Assembly (NCBI GenBank): GCA_965237865.1
Contig: OZ250164.1
Span: 240,048-304,047, forward strand
Reading direction: 5' to 3'
DNA length: 64,000 bases
Source: Dehalococcoidia bacterium
GTDB lineage: Bacteria > Chloroflexota > Dehalococcoidia > UBA2979
Position 1 is the stretch's first letter. Every line of letters starts with the position of its first letter. The translations under genes and the position numbers were made by a program. The notes beneath the pieces were generated by a model. That model saw nothing but the letters and a program-made list of their open reading frames with translations, was not told where the DNA came from and did not search any database. Below are positions 1 through 10,848 of the stretch, piece after piece.

Positions 1-179
1 TGCTCTTCGCCGCGCTGCTCGTCAACCTCTGGTTCGGCGGCGACCTCGTGGAGGCGCTGGCCGGCCCCTACGTGCGGGGGCTGTTCGAGTTGATCCTGAT
101 CAGCGGCTACCTCTGGTTCGTCGTCGGCCTCGGGACGCTGCTGCGAGGCCGGACGGACGAGCCGCCGCCGCCCGGTTGA
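1..179 (+). CDS. 3' end of a membrane protein (partial)
   Basis: Open hydrophobic frame from position 3 (LFAALLVNLWFGG...YLWFVVGLGTLLRGRTDEPPPPG) ending TGA at 177-179. Confidence 0.7.
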   Translation, partial: LFAALLVNLWFGGDLVEALAGPYVRGLFELILISGYLWFVVGLGTLLRGRTDEPPPPG

Positions 180-201
180 CCCGCCGATTGACGCGCTCCT
201 A
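113..201 (+). repeat. Diverged direct repeat, copy 1 (89 bp)
   Basis: Aligns without gaps to 1791-1879, with 11 mismatches by manual count. Confidence 0.9.
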
Positions 202-335
202 CGGGCCCTGGACTTCCATCGTTCCACCCGTCTCCTGCTATGTCGGAAAAGCGGGCGGAGTATGACGGGCGATCAGGGATGCCCAACTCGTCCTTGTAGT
301 CATGCACATAGCTGGGGCGTGTTCAATGAATTCGT

Positions 336-1610
336 TTAGCACGCTCTTCGCTGCAACGGGTTACCTGTGACAGCCACGTATAGCGCCCAGGCGCCGGCCA
401 GGAGCACGGCTGCAACGAGAAACCCTCCCTGAAAGCCAATTCTGTCAGCAATCACAAATCCTGTGAGCGGGCCCAATGCCGCCCCCAGATCCAGCCAGGT
501 TGAATACCTGCCCATCACGGCGGCGCGTGTTGAGTCGGGCGATGTTTCGCCTATGGCCGCATCCAGTGCGGCGTTCACTCCCACGGATGCGATGAACAAC
601 AGCGGTATCCCAACGATCGCGGCGACCACGGAATCAAATGCGGCTATCAGGGCCAGCGAAGCAAACATTGCGGCCACTCCGTAGGCGATGGACGTCCGCC
701 TGCCCACGCGGTCCGAGAGGTGCCCCAGAGGTACGCCAAGGCCGAGGTCGGAGAACCACCTGAAACCAACCAGGAGGCCTGCAAGAGTAACCACGGCAAG
801 CGATCCTCCGAGTACCTTCCCGTTCTCATCAGCGAATTCAGCGAGGTAGGGAGCCACGGTAGCAATGGCCAGACCATTTGCCGCGAACGCTGTGGCGAAC
901 CGCATCAAGCTAATCGAGAGAAGGGGAAGCCTGAGCTTGCGGCCGTACCCCGGTAGTCTGGATACGGCGAGGTCCCAGGGATTCAGGCTGTTTCGCAAGC
1001 CTCCGCCAGATGATCGGATGCGCTCGGGCCTGAGGTTCGGGACCCGAGTGGCGATGATCACGCCGATCAGTCCGACGCCTGCCAGAGCTGTGAACGTCAC
1101 CTCCCTCGAGGTGAGTTGGAATAGCACCGCGCCGGCGGTGACTGCGATAAGACTGCCGAGCCGTTGACCGGAATTGAAGAACCCCATCAGTCTGCCCCGC
1201 ATTGCGGATGTACCGACCCCAAACGCCGTCAGCTGCGCCGCTAGTCGCATGTGCGAGTACGAAATGCCCCACACAGCGCGGGCCAGTAGCAGCGACACGA
1301 GACCGCTTCCCAGACCGTATGCAAGCGTCGTCAGAGCGCCGACGGCAATGGAAGCGACGAAAGGCCAACGCACACCAAACCGCTGGTACACAGGGGCAGC
1401 GAGGGCATTGCTGACCAGGCGAATGAAGCGGTTGATGCTGAGTGCAAACCCAATCCAGAATGACGCGGCAAGGCCGAAATGGTCACCGGCCCCAAATTCG
1501 GCCGCCGCCACGGGCAGCACGACGTACATCAGTGAGTCGCCCATGATGACGGCCGCGGTTGGGGCTACCGCATACACCATCCCGGCCGGAATCATCGGTC
1601 TGATACGCAT
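336..1610 (-). CDS. MFS transporter
   Basis: About 12 hydrophobic segments and MFS motif-A-like GHLSDRVGRR. Visibly lower GC than the flanks. Confidence 0.9.
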   Translation of the reverse strand: MRIRPMIPAGMVYAVAPTAAVIMGDSLMYVVLPVAAAEFGAGDHFGLAASFWIGFALSINRFIRLVSNALAAPVYQRFGVRWPFVASIAVGALTTLAYGLGSGLVSLLLARAVWGISYSHMRLAAQLTAFGVGTSAMRGRLMGFFNSGQRLGSLIAVTAGAVLFQLTSREVTFTALAGVGLIGVIIATRVPNLRPERIRSSGGGLRNSLNPWDLAVSRLPGYGRKLRLPLLSISLMRFATAFAANGLAIATVAPYLAEFADENGKVLGGSLAVVTLAGLLVGFRWFSDLGLGVPLGHLSDRVGRRTSIAYGVAAMFASLALIAAFDSVVAAIVGIPLLFIASVGVNAALDAAIGETSPDSTRAAVMGRYSTWLDLGAALGPLTGFVIADRIGFQGGFLVAAVLLAGAWALYVAVTGNPLQRRAC

Positions 1611-1790
1611 GCCTGGAGTGCGGCCTCCCTGACCTCGCCGTGGTCGCCAACTGTGGCACGCACGATGGGATGCCGTCGAGGAGTTCTACTTCTCGTCCGT
1701 GAGGCCCAGCAGTTCGTTCGACGTTGTGGTGAGGACATAACGGTCCTGCGAGTGAGTCATCGTTGGGTGGCCTGGCCCAGCCTTCTCCAG

Positions 1791-1879
1791 CTGGTTTGTC
1801 GTCGGCCTCGAGACGCTGCTGCGGCGCCGGCCGGGCGAACCGCCGCCGCGCGGTTGACCCGTCGATCGCCGCGCTCCTA
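1791..1879 (+). repeat. Diverged direct repeat, copy 2, carrying the -35 of the putative tRNA-Val promoter
   Basis: Matches 113-201. TTGACC(1854)-N18-TAGCAT(1878). Confidence 0.85.
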
Positions 1880-1933
1880 GCATCGAAGGCGGTAGCGGGC
1901 AGGGCGCACCCTCGAGCGGGCGCCTGTGCGCCG

Positions 1934-2010
1934 GGGCGATTAGCTCAGCAGGCCAGAGCGTCCGGTTTACACCCGGGAGGTCGGAGGTTCGAGCCCTCCA
2001 TCGCCCACCA
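1934..2010 (+). tRNA. tRNA-Val(TAC)
   Basis: GGGCGAT/ATCGCCC acceptor stem, anticodon loop TTTACAC, GGTTCGAG T-loop, encoded CCA. Confidence 0.97.
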
Positions 2011-2077
2011 TCCCCACGTGCGTGCGCTGCCCGTCGCCGGTCTCCTCGCCGATCATCGGGTTTGTCGGAGGTTGTTC

Positions 2078-2956
2078 ATGGTTACGGAACAGGTTCGCGA
2101 GGCGCCCTCGGGCGTGCCTGCACTGATCATCCTGCTGCTTGTGCTGCTGCTGGACATCGCGCTGATCGTGGTCGGCAGCGTGACCTGGCTCGAGGGAGGC
2201 TGGGTGCTGGTCACCATCGCCAGCGTGCTCTGTCCGATCATCCTCTTCTGCTTCGTCGGCTTGTTCGCCGTCCCGCCGAACGAGGCGCGCGTGCTCCAGC
2301 TGTTCGGGAGGTACGTCGGCACCGTGCGCAGTCCGGGGCTGCGCTACACCAACCCGCTCTACACCAAGCAGCGCATCTCCGTGCGGGTACGCAACTTCGA
2401 GACGACGCGCTCGAAGGTCAACGACACCGACGGCAATCCGATCGAGATGGCGGCCGTCGTCGTCTGGAAGGTGATGGACACGGCCGTGGCCACGTTCCAG
2501 GTGGACGACTACGTCAACTACGTGCACGTCCAGAGCGAGTCGGCGGTGCGCAACCTCGCGACCCACTACCCGTACGACACGCAGGAGGACGGGCAGCTCT
2601 CGCTGCGCGGCGATACGGAGGAGATCGCGGGCCAGCTGCAGGCGGAGATCCAGGGCCGGCTGGTCGAAGCCGGTGTCGAGGTCATGGAGGCGCGGATCAC
2701 ACACCTGGCCTACGCGCCGGAGATTGCCTCGGCGATGCTCCAGCGGCAGCAGGCGGGCGCGATCATCGCCGCCCGCACCCAGATCGTGGAGGGCGCTGTG
2801 AGCATGGTGCAGATGGCGCTCGATCAGCTGTCCGCGCGCAACGTCGTCGAGCTCGACGAGGAGCGGAAGGCAGCCATGGTCAGCAATCTGCTGGTCGTGC
2901 TGTGCGGGGACAGAAGCACGCAGCCGGTGCTGAATACTGACAGCTTCAACCGGTAA
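2078..2956 (+). CDS. SPFH/band 7 domain membrane protein
   Basis: GGAGG RBS before ATG 2078. Two N-terminal TM helices, then KVNDTDGNPIEMAAVVVWKV and HLAYAPEIASAMLQRQQA, typical of SPFH proteins. Confidence 0.92.
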   Translation: MVTEQVREAPSGVPALIILLLVLLLDIALIVVGSVTWLEGGWVLVTIASVLCPIILFCFVGLFAVPPNEARVLQLFGRYVGTVRSPGLRYTNPLYTKQRISVRVRNFETTRSKVNDTDGNPIEMAAVVVWKVMDTAVATFQVDDYVNYVHVQSESAVRNLATHYPYDTQEDGQLSLRGDTEEIAGQLQAEIQGRLVEAGVEVMEARITHLAYAPEIASAMLQRQQAGAIIAARTQIVEGAVSMVQMALDQLSARNVVELDEERKAAMVSNLLVVLCGDRSTQPVLNTDSFNR

Positions 2957-3072
2957 CGCGGCGCGCACGCGTGGCCGGGCCGCCCATAGTGTGACCGCCG
3001 GTTCGGAGGTGGCGCCGCCCGCCGTCAGGTGAGGGCCACCGAGGCGGCTCCCCCGCAGCTCAGGAGGTAGTT

Positions 3073-4829
3073 CTGGCGGCTTCCGCGCACCCCCGCTACG
3101 AGGCGCACGAGCGCCCGCCATTCCTCACGACCCTGGGTCTCGGTGCGCAGTTCAGCCTGATCGCGTCCGCCACGCTGCTGGTCACGCCTGTAATCGTCCC
3201 AACGCATCGGGCCGGGGCGAGCCGTATGTCGTGTGGATGGTCTTCGCCTCGCTGGTGGTTGTCGGGCTGTCCACGCTGCTGCAGGTGCGGCGGCTCGGCT
3301 TCGTCGGCGCCGGCGCGGTGCTGCCGATGTTCACGGCCGCCTTCGCGATCCCGTTCTGCATCACCGCGGTGGTTGACGGCGGGCCGGCGACGCTGACGAC
3401 GCTGCTGCTCGTCTCGGCGGGAGCCCAGCTCGCCATCTCGCGCTGGCTCTTCATCCTGAGGCGGGTCGTCACCCCGACCGTGAGCGGCACGGTGATGATG
3501 ATCCTCTCCATCACCCTCGCCTCCGTCGTGTTCGACCTGCTGGACGACGCCACGCAGGTAGAGCCCGAAGCGGCGTCGCTCACCGCGTTCGTGACTATGG
3601 TCGTCGCTGCCGCGCTGACGCTGCGCCGATCGCCGCTGCTGCGGTTCTGGGGGCCGATCGCCGGCATCATCGTTGGCTGCGTGGTGGCCGGGGCACTCGG
3701 TATCTTCGACACGGAGCGGGTGGCCGAGGCCGCCTGGGTGGGGCTCCCGCCCGAGCGGCCAGAGCTGGGGCTCGACTTCGGACTCGAGTTCTGGACGCTG
3801 GTGCCGGCGTTCCTGTTCCTTGGCGTGATCATCTCGATCCAGGCGAACGGCGCGGCCATCTCCATGCAGCGGGTCGCGTCGCGCGAGGACCGGGCGGTGG
3901 ACTTCCGCCAGGTGCAGGGAGCGGTGGCGGGAGGCGCCGCGAGCAACGTCCTCGCTGCCCTCGCTGCCGCGGTGCCCAACGCGATCAATCCTGGCATCGT
4001 GCCGTTCACGCAGATCACCGGCGTCGCCGCCCGCAGCCTCGGATACAGCATCGGCATCTTCTTCATCGTGCTGGCGTTTCTGCCGAAGGTGTCCGGGTTG
4101 CTGAGCAGCATCCCGGGGCCGGTGATGACGGGCTACCTGATCATGGTGACGGGCTCCCTCTTCGTCGACGGAGCGCGGACCGTGATCCAGAACGAACAGG
4201 ACAACGAGAAGATCGCGGTCGCCGGCGTCTGCTTCTGGATTGGCGCGGCCTTCCAGTTCAAGCTCTTTGCCCTGCCGGACCTCGGTCCGGTGCTGGGGGC
4301 GCTGCTCAAGAGCGGCATCACCACCGGCGGACTCGCCGCCGTCGTGATGATCCTCTACCTGGAGTTCACCAACCCGCGGCGCATGCGTTTCCAGTCCCGA
4401 CTCCACATCGACGCCCTGCCGGAACTCAACGCGTTCATCGCCAGATTCGCCGATCGCAGGGGCTGGGACGACCCGATGAAGGACCGGCTGAGCGCCGTGG
4501 CGGAGGAGACGCTCCTCACGCTCGCTCCCCTCGACCTGGAGGGACTCCTCGAAGGGAACGACGGCGACGACGAGGACAAGGAAGAGCGGCAGCTAATCGT
4601 GCTGGCATCCAGCGAGGGTCCGGTCGCGGACCTCGAGTTCATCGGCGGAGGAGACGACGAGAACATGGAGGACCGGATCCGGCAGCTCCAGCAGCACGAC
4701 TCGGAGACGATGGTCGAGCAGGACGTCTCGCTGCGGCTGCTGCGGAACTACGCCTCGTCCGTGCGCCATCAGCAGTTCCACGACACCGACATCATCACGG
4801 TCCGCGTCGACCCTCCCCGGGCGCGATGA
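3073..4829 (+). pseudogene. NCS2 (xanthine/uracil permease family) transporter with C-terminal RsbW/HATPase-like domain; frameshift near 3199
   Basis: AGGAGG then CTG at 3073 starts RYEAHERPPFLTTLGLGAQ...TPVIV. After a 1-nt shift it continues NASGRGEPYVVWMVF into ORF 3231-4829, which has NCS2-like motifs (QITGVAARSLG, FLPKVSGLLSSIPGPV). Confidence 0.75.
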
Positions 4830-4937
4830 GCGGCCGCAGTTGGCCTGTCCGAGCCGCACGTGCCCGGAGCGCCGCCGCGCCGTACCATTCCGATCCCGAA
4901 TCGCAGGACGCCGCGGCGGTGACCCGGATGAGGCTCA

Positions 4938-5210
4938 ATGGCTGATCCCGAACCGCCCTCGCAGCACTCCGGGGCGATCGAGGAGATGAACGTCGCCGAC
5001 GAGTGGGACGCGGGCGACATGGGATGCGGTGAGGTGATCATCCTGCTCAGGATGCGGATGCAGAAGCTCGGCCCCGGCGCAGTCCTCAAGCTGACCGCGC
5101 GCGACCTGGGCGCCCCCGCCGACATTCCGGCATGGTGCCGGCTCACAGGCCGCCGCTTGCTCCGCGAGGAACACCCGCACTACTGGATCGAGCAGACACG
5201 GAGCGCATAG
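4938..5210 (+). CDS. TusA-family sulfur carrier protein
   Basis: WDAGDMGCG...LGPGAVLKLTARDLGAPADIPAWCRLTG follows the TusA/SirA pattern. Confidence 0.88.
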   Translation: MADPEPPSQHSGAIEEMNVADEWDAGDMGCGEVIILLRMRMQKLGPGAVLKLTARDLGAPADIPAWCRLTGRRLLREEHPHYWIEQTRSA

Positions 5211-5232
5211 GCCAAAGGGAAGGGAAACCGTC

Positions 5233-5595
5233 TTGGCTGGAAAGTTCTGCGTGAGCCTGACCCACGCGGGGGAAGACCCCGACAGGGCGACGGTCGCCTT
5301 CGTCGTGGCCAACGCGGCGCTGGGGTCGGAGCAGGAGACCGTCGTCTTCCTCAGCACAGAGGGCGTCCGCCTCGCCGAGCGGGGCTACGCCGACGACATC
5401 CACGAGGACGGCTTCATGGCGCTCAGCGAGTTGATGGCTGCCTTCGCCGGCGGCGGCGGGGAGATCTACGTCTGCGCGCCCTGCTTCAACAAGCGCGGCC
5501 TCGACGCGGACAACCTGGTCGACGGCGCGGCGATGGTCGGTGGGGCGAAGCTGGTCGAGTTCCTCTCCGACGGCACCCCCTCCATCTCCTACTAG
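5233..5595 (+). CDS. DsrE/DsrF-family protein
   Basis: ATVAFVVANAA...VVFLSTEGVRL...IYVCAPCFNKRGL. Confidence 0.88.
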   Translation: MAGKFCVSLTHAGEDPDRATVAFVVANAALGSEQETVVFLSTEGVRLAERGYADDIHEDGFMALSELMAAFAGGGGEIYVCAPCFNKRGLDADNLVDGAAMVGGAKLVEFLSDGTPSISY

Positions 5596-5634
5596 CGCGC
5601 CTCGTCGCGATCGACTGCTGACAGACCACCCCCG

Positions 5635-7182
5635 ATGGACTCGATCGAGCGGCACACCCACGAGCCCGACGCCAGCTTCGACGGCGGCAACCTCGACTGC
5701 GGCGGGGGGCTGCTGCTGCTGATCCGGCGTCACATCGACCCGCTCGAACCCGGCGGTCTGCTCGAGATCCTCTCGACCGATTCGACGGTCGAGGTGGAGT
5801 TGCCCGCCTGGTGCCGCTTGACCAGCAACGAGCTCGTCTCGTGGACGAAGCGCGGAGAGCAGCGCAGCTTCCTGGTCTGCAAGGGCTCCCTCGAGGATCG
5901 CGCGCAGGCGGCGGCCGCGGCGCGCGAGGCGCCAGCGGTCGCGGCGCCCTCGGTGGGCACGTTCGGCGAGCAGCTCCGGGTCGCGGTCACGATTCCGGAC
6001 TCGCTTCCGCGGCCGGCCGCCGCGCCGGCGATAGCGCCGCTCTCTGTGATGGGTGTCGGCAGTTGGCCGCGGCCGCGCTGGATGCTGCAGGCGATGCACG
6101 ACCGCCTCGAAGGCAGGCTCGGCGAGACGGAGTTCCAGGCCACGGCGGACGACGCGGTCCGGCTGAGCGTCGCCGCGCAACTGCGGGCGGGCGCCGAGGT
6201 CGTGACCGACGGCGAGCAGCGCCGCGACAACTACGCCAGCTTCGTGGGCGGGCGCCTCGACAACTGCCAGCTGATCCCGCTCAGCGACCTGACCGCGATG
6301 GTCGACGACCCGTCCGAGTTCGAGCAGGAACTCCGCGCCCTCGATGTACCGGCCTCGGAGGTGCGCCATCCGGTGGTCTACGGGGCGCTCGGGCGGGGCC
6401 TCCCGCTCGCCGTTCACGAGCTGGAGTTCGCCGCGACCTGCACGGACGTCCCGCTGAAGGTCGCGCTGCCGGGGCCCTACCTGCTCACGCGCATGATGTG
6501 GCTCGACTGCCTCGCTGATCGCCCATACGAGACGCGCGAGGAGCTCGCGCGCGACGTGGTCCGCGTCCTGCGCGAGGAGGCGCACTTCCTGCTCGCCTCG
6601 GGCGCCGCGCTGGTGCAGTTCGACGAGCCGGTGCTGATGGAGGTGGTCCATGGCAGCGCGGGCGGCACGCGCAGCTTCATGTGCGGGGCGCTGAGCGAGC
6701 GGCTCGAATCGGCCTCGGAGCTGGACTTCGCCGCCGGGCTGCTGGACGAGGTGGTGCGCGGCCTCCCGGCGGAATCGCTGGCGCTGCACGTCTGCCGCGG
6801 CAACTGGACGCCCGACGAGTCCGCCGCCCTTGCCGGCGACTACCGGCCGCTGCTCGGCTTCCTCGGGCGGGCCGCGGTGGGCACGCTCTTCCTCGAGCTC
6901 TCCACGCCGCGCGCCGGGGAGATCGACGTGCTCCGCGATCTTCCGGAGGGCAAGCGCATCGGTGTCGGCGTCGTGAACCAGAAGCTCGTCGCCGTCGAGC
7001 CGGTCGAGGAGATCCGGCGGCGCATCGCGCGCGCGATCGAGCTCTTCGGCGAGGAGCGCGTGCTGCTCACGCCGGACTGCGGCTTCGCGACGTTCGCCGA
7101 CAACCCCGTCGCCTCTGCCGGCATCGCCGAGGCGAAGCTGCGGACGATCGTCGAGGCGCGCGACCTGATCCGCGCGCGCTGA
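5635..7182 (+). CDS. Fusion of an N-terminal TusA domain to a cobalamin-independent methionine synthase II (MetE C-terminal core-like) domain
   Basis: N-terminus FDGGNLDCGGG...LPAWCRLT. Then VGSWPRP, VVTDGEQRR, VQFDEP, Zn-ligand motifs HVCRGN and TPDCGF. Confidence 0.85.
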   Translation: MDSIERHTHEPDASFDGGNLDCGGGLLLLIRRHIDPLEPGGLLEILSTDSTVEVELPAWCRLTSNELVSWTKRGEQRSFLVCKGSLEDRAQAAAAAREAPAVAAPSVGTFGEQLRVAVTIPDSLPRPAAAPAIAPLSVMGVGSWPRPRWMLQAMHDRLEGRLGETEFQATADDAVRLSVAAQLRAGAEVVTDGEQRRDNYASFVGGRLDNCQLIPLSDLTAMVDDPSEFEQELRALDVPASEVRHPVVYGALGRGLPLAVHELEFAATCTDVPLKVALPGPYLLTRMMWLDCLADRPYETREELARDVVRVLREEAHFLLASGAALVQFDEPVLMEVVHGSAGGTRSFMCGALSERLESASELDFAAGLLDEVVRGLPAESLALHVCRGNWTPDESAALAGDYRPLLGFLGRAAVGTLFLELSTPRAGEIDVLRDLPEGKRIGVGVVNQKLVAVEPVEEIRRRIARAIELFGEERVLLTPDCGFATFADNPVASAGIAEAKLRTIVEARDLIRAR

Positions 7183-7338
7183 AGGGGGCACCGCCTCGCG
7201 GGAGCCCTCGAAGGTGACCGCGAGCCACCTGCTCACCCGCCGGGAGCGCGGTAGCGTTGATTCGCGCGGCTGCCTACACTCGGCGCACCGGCCGCCCCCG
7301 AGGGCGCGGCGCGGCGACGCAGCCGGCGGAGGAGCCCC

Positions 7339-8997
<1,659 letters not shown>

Positions 8998-9008
8998 AGA
9001 TTCCGAGG

Positions 9009-9039
9009 CCCTCTCCCTGGGGAGAGGGTTGGGGTGAGG
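9009..9039. repeat. REP-like palindromic element
   Basis: CCCTCTCCC-TG-GGGAGAGGG followed by TTGGGGTGAGG. Confidence 0.7.
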
Positions 9040-9045
9040 AGTCCC

Positions 9046-9537
9046 ATGCCTGACGCCGTCGACGCGATCATCGAACAGAACGCACAGGCGCGCGCCGATC
9101 TGCTGGACGCGATCGACGCGCTGCCCGGAGAGCGGCGCACCGAGGGCTGGTACGGCCCGGAGCAGTGGTCCGTGCAGGACGTGCTCGCGCACCTCGCCCG
9201 CTGGCAGGAGGGCTGGAGCCACGCGCTGCGCGCGGTCGTCGCCGGCGAGCGGCCCTCGGTGCCCGGCTACGAGCCCAACCGCGACGACCCGGACGCGGCC
9301 GACAACGCCTACAACGCGGCCTCCGTGGCGGAGCAGCGCGGGCAGTCATGGGAAGCCGTGATGGCGCGACTGCGCTCCGCCCGCGAGGAGCACGACGAGG
9401 CGATCCGCGCCCTGCGCGCGCTCGAGCCCGAGCGCTACGCCGAGGGCCGCACTCCGCACCGCCTCGCGGACTCCGCCGAACACGACCACGAGCACATCGA
9501 GGCGATCCGCGCCTGGCGACGGGAGCACGGCCTCTGA
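9046..9537 (+). CDS. DinB/DfsB-family four-helix bundle protein
   Basis: WSVQDVLAHLARW...EHDHEHIEAI; GAGGAG RBS. Confidence 0.8.
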   Translation: MPDAVDAIIEQNAQARADLLDAIDALPGERRTEGWYGPEQWSVQDVLAHLARWQEGWSHALRAVVAGERPSVPGYEPNRDDPDAADNAYNAASVAEQRGQSWEAVMARLRSAREEHDEAIRALRALEPERYAEGRTPHRLADSAEHDHEHIEAIRAWRREHGL

Positions 9538-10346
9538 TCGACCTGCTGCACCACATGGGAGTCGTCGTACCCGACGCCGATGAGGCGTTGGGCTTCTACC
9601 GCGACGTTATGGGCCTGAGCGTCGCGAAGGACGAGATCGTCGAGGAGCAGGGCGTGCGCGGCGTGCTGCTTCCGATCGGCGAGAACGAGATCGAGCTGCT
9701 CCAGCCGGTCCGCGAAGACACCGGCGTGGCGCGCTTCCTCGAGAGCCGCGGCCCCACGCTGCACCACATCTGCCTGCGCACGGACGACATCCGCGCCGAG
9801 CTGGCGCGCATCCGGGCGCTCGGCCTCGAGCTGATCGACGAGGAGCCGCGCTACGGGTTGGCCGGCGAGATCGCCTTCATCCACCCGCGCTCGATGCACG
9901 GCGTGCTGGTCGAGCTCGCCGAGGTCGAGGACCGCCACACCTCGCCCGACAAGGGCTTCGATCACATCGCCTGCCGCGTGGCGGACTACGACGCAGCGCA
10001 GCGGCGCTGGGGCGAGGTCGCCGGCCTCGAGGAGCACGCGCGGCTCAACGTCGAGGAGTCGGGGATGCTGATCGGGCAGTTCCCGATCGGGCAGTGCATG
10101 CTCGAACTGCTCGCGCCGAACGGGCCGGACTCGCCGCTTGCGCAGGCGATCGAGGAGCAACGCGAAGGCGCCTCCCCGATGGTGGCGATCGAGGTCGCGG
10201 ACCTCGATGCGGAGATCGCCCGTTACCGGGCGGCCGGGCTCGACGTGCCGGACGCGGACGTAGGGGTCCTGCCGGGGACGCGGCGCTCGGGGATTGGCGC
10301 GGAGCAGGCGTTCGGCATCCGCATCCAACTGCTGGAGTACGTCTAG
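9534..10346 (+). CDS. Methylmalonyl-CoA epimerase-like protein with two tandem VOC modules; CTG start
   Basis: LHHMGVVV...EQGVR...IELLQP...LHHICL...[16 protein letters not shown], then a second FDHIA...LELLAP...IQLLEY module. CTGA overlap with the upstream stop. Confidence 0.85.
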   Translation: MIDLLHHMGVVVPDADEALGFYRDVMGLSVAKDEIVEEQGVRGVLLPIGENEIELLQPVREDTGVARFLESRGPTLHHICLRTDDIRAELARIRALGLELIDEEPRYGLAGEIAFIHPRSMHGVLVELAEVEDRHTSPDKGFDHIACRVADYDAAQRRWGEVAGLEEHARLNVEESGMLIGQFPIGQCMLELLAPNGPDSPLAQAIEEQREGASPMVAIEVADLDAEIARYRAAGLDVPDADVGVLPGTRRSGIGAEQAFGIRIQLLEYV

Positions 10347-10431
10347 TCCGCGAACTCGCGCAGCCGCGCGGGGCTCGCTAGACTCGCCTGCGAGATCGGC
10401 GCGCGCTTCGCGCAACGAGGAGACCCCCCAG

Positions 10432-10842
10432 ATGGCTGACGAACAGGCGATTCGCGTGCTGATCGCGAAGCCCGGCCTCGACGGGCATGACCGCGGCGCC
10501 AAGGTGGTGGCGCGCGCCCTGCGCGATGCCGGCATGGAAGTGATCTACACCGGCATCCGGCAGACCCCGGAAATGATCGCGGAGGCGGCGCTGCAGGAAG
10601 ACGTGCAGGTCGTCGGGCTCTCGATCCTCTCGGGCGCGCACCTCGAGCTGTTCCCCCGCGTGGTGAACGCCCTCGATGAGCGCGGGGTGAGCGACGTGCT
10701 GCTCTTCTGCGGCGGGATCATTCCCGAGGCCGACATCGCGACGGTTCAGGAGATGGGCTTCTCGGGCGTCTTCGGCCCGGGCACCAACACCCAGTCGATC
10801 ATCGAGTTCGTCCGCGAGAACGCGGCGAGCCCGACCGCCTGA
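10432..10842 (+). CDS. Methylmalonyl-CoA mutase, cobalamin-binding subunit
   Basis: [14 protein letters not shown] (DxHxxG) motif; GAGGAG RBS. Confidence 0.95.
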   Translation: MADEQAIRVLIAKPGLDGHDRGAKVVARALRDAGMEVIYTGIRQTPEMIAEAALQEDVQVVGLSILSGAHLELFPRVVNALDERGVSDVLLFCGGIIPEADIATVQEMGFSGVFGPGTNTQSIIEFVRENAASPTA

Positions 10843-10848
10843 GGCCAG

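Noticed and set aside
314-333. GGGGCGTGTTCAATGAATT as a possible IS end
   Set aside because: No matching second end or transposase was found, so the evidence is too weak.
4938-7182. Selenocysteine recoding in the TusA/DsrE cluster
   Set aside because: There is no in-frame TGA at the Cys positions.
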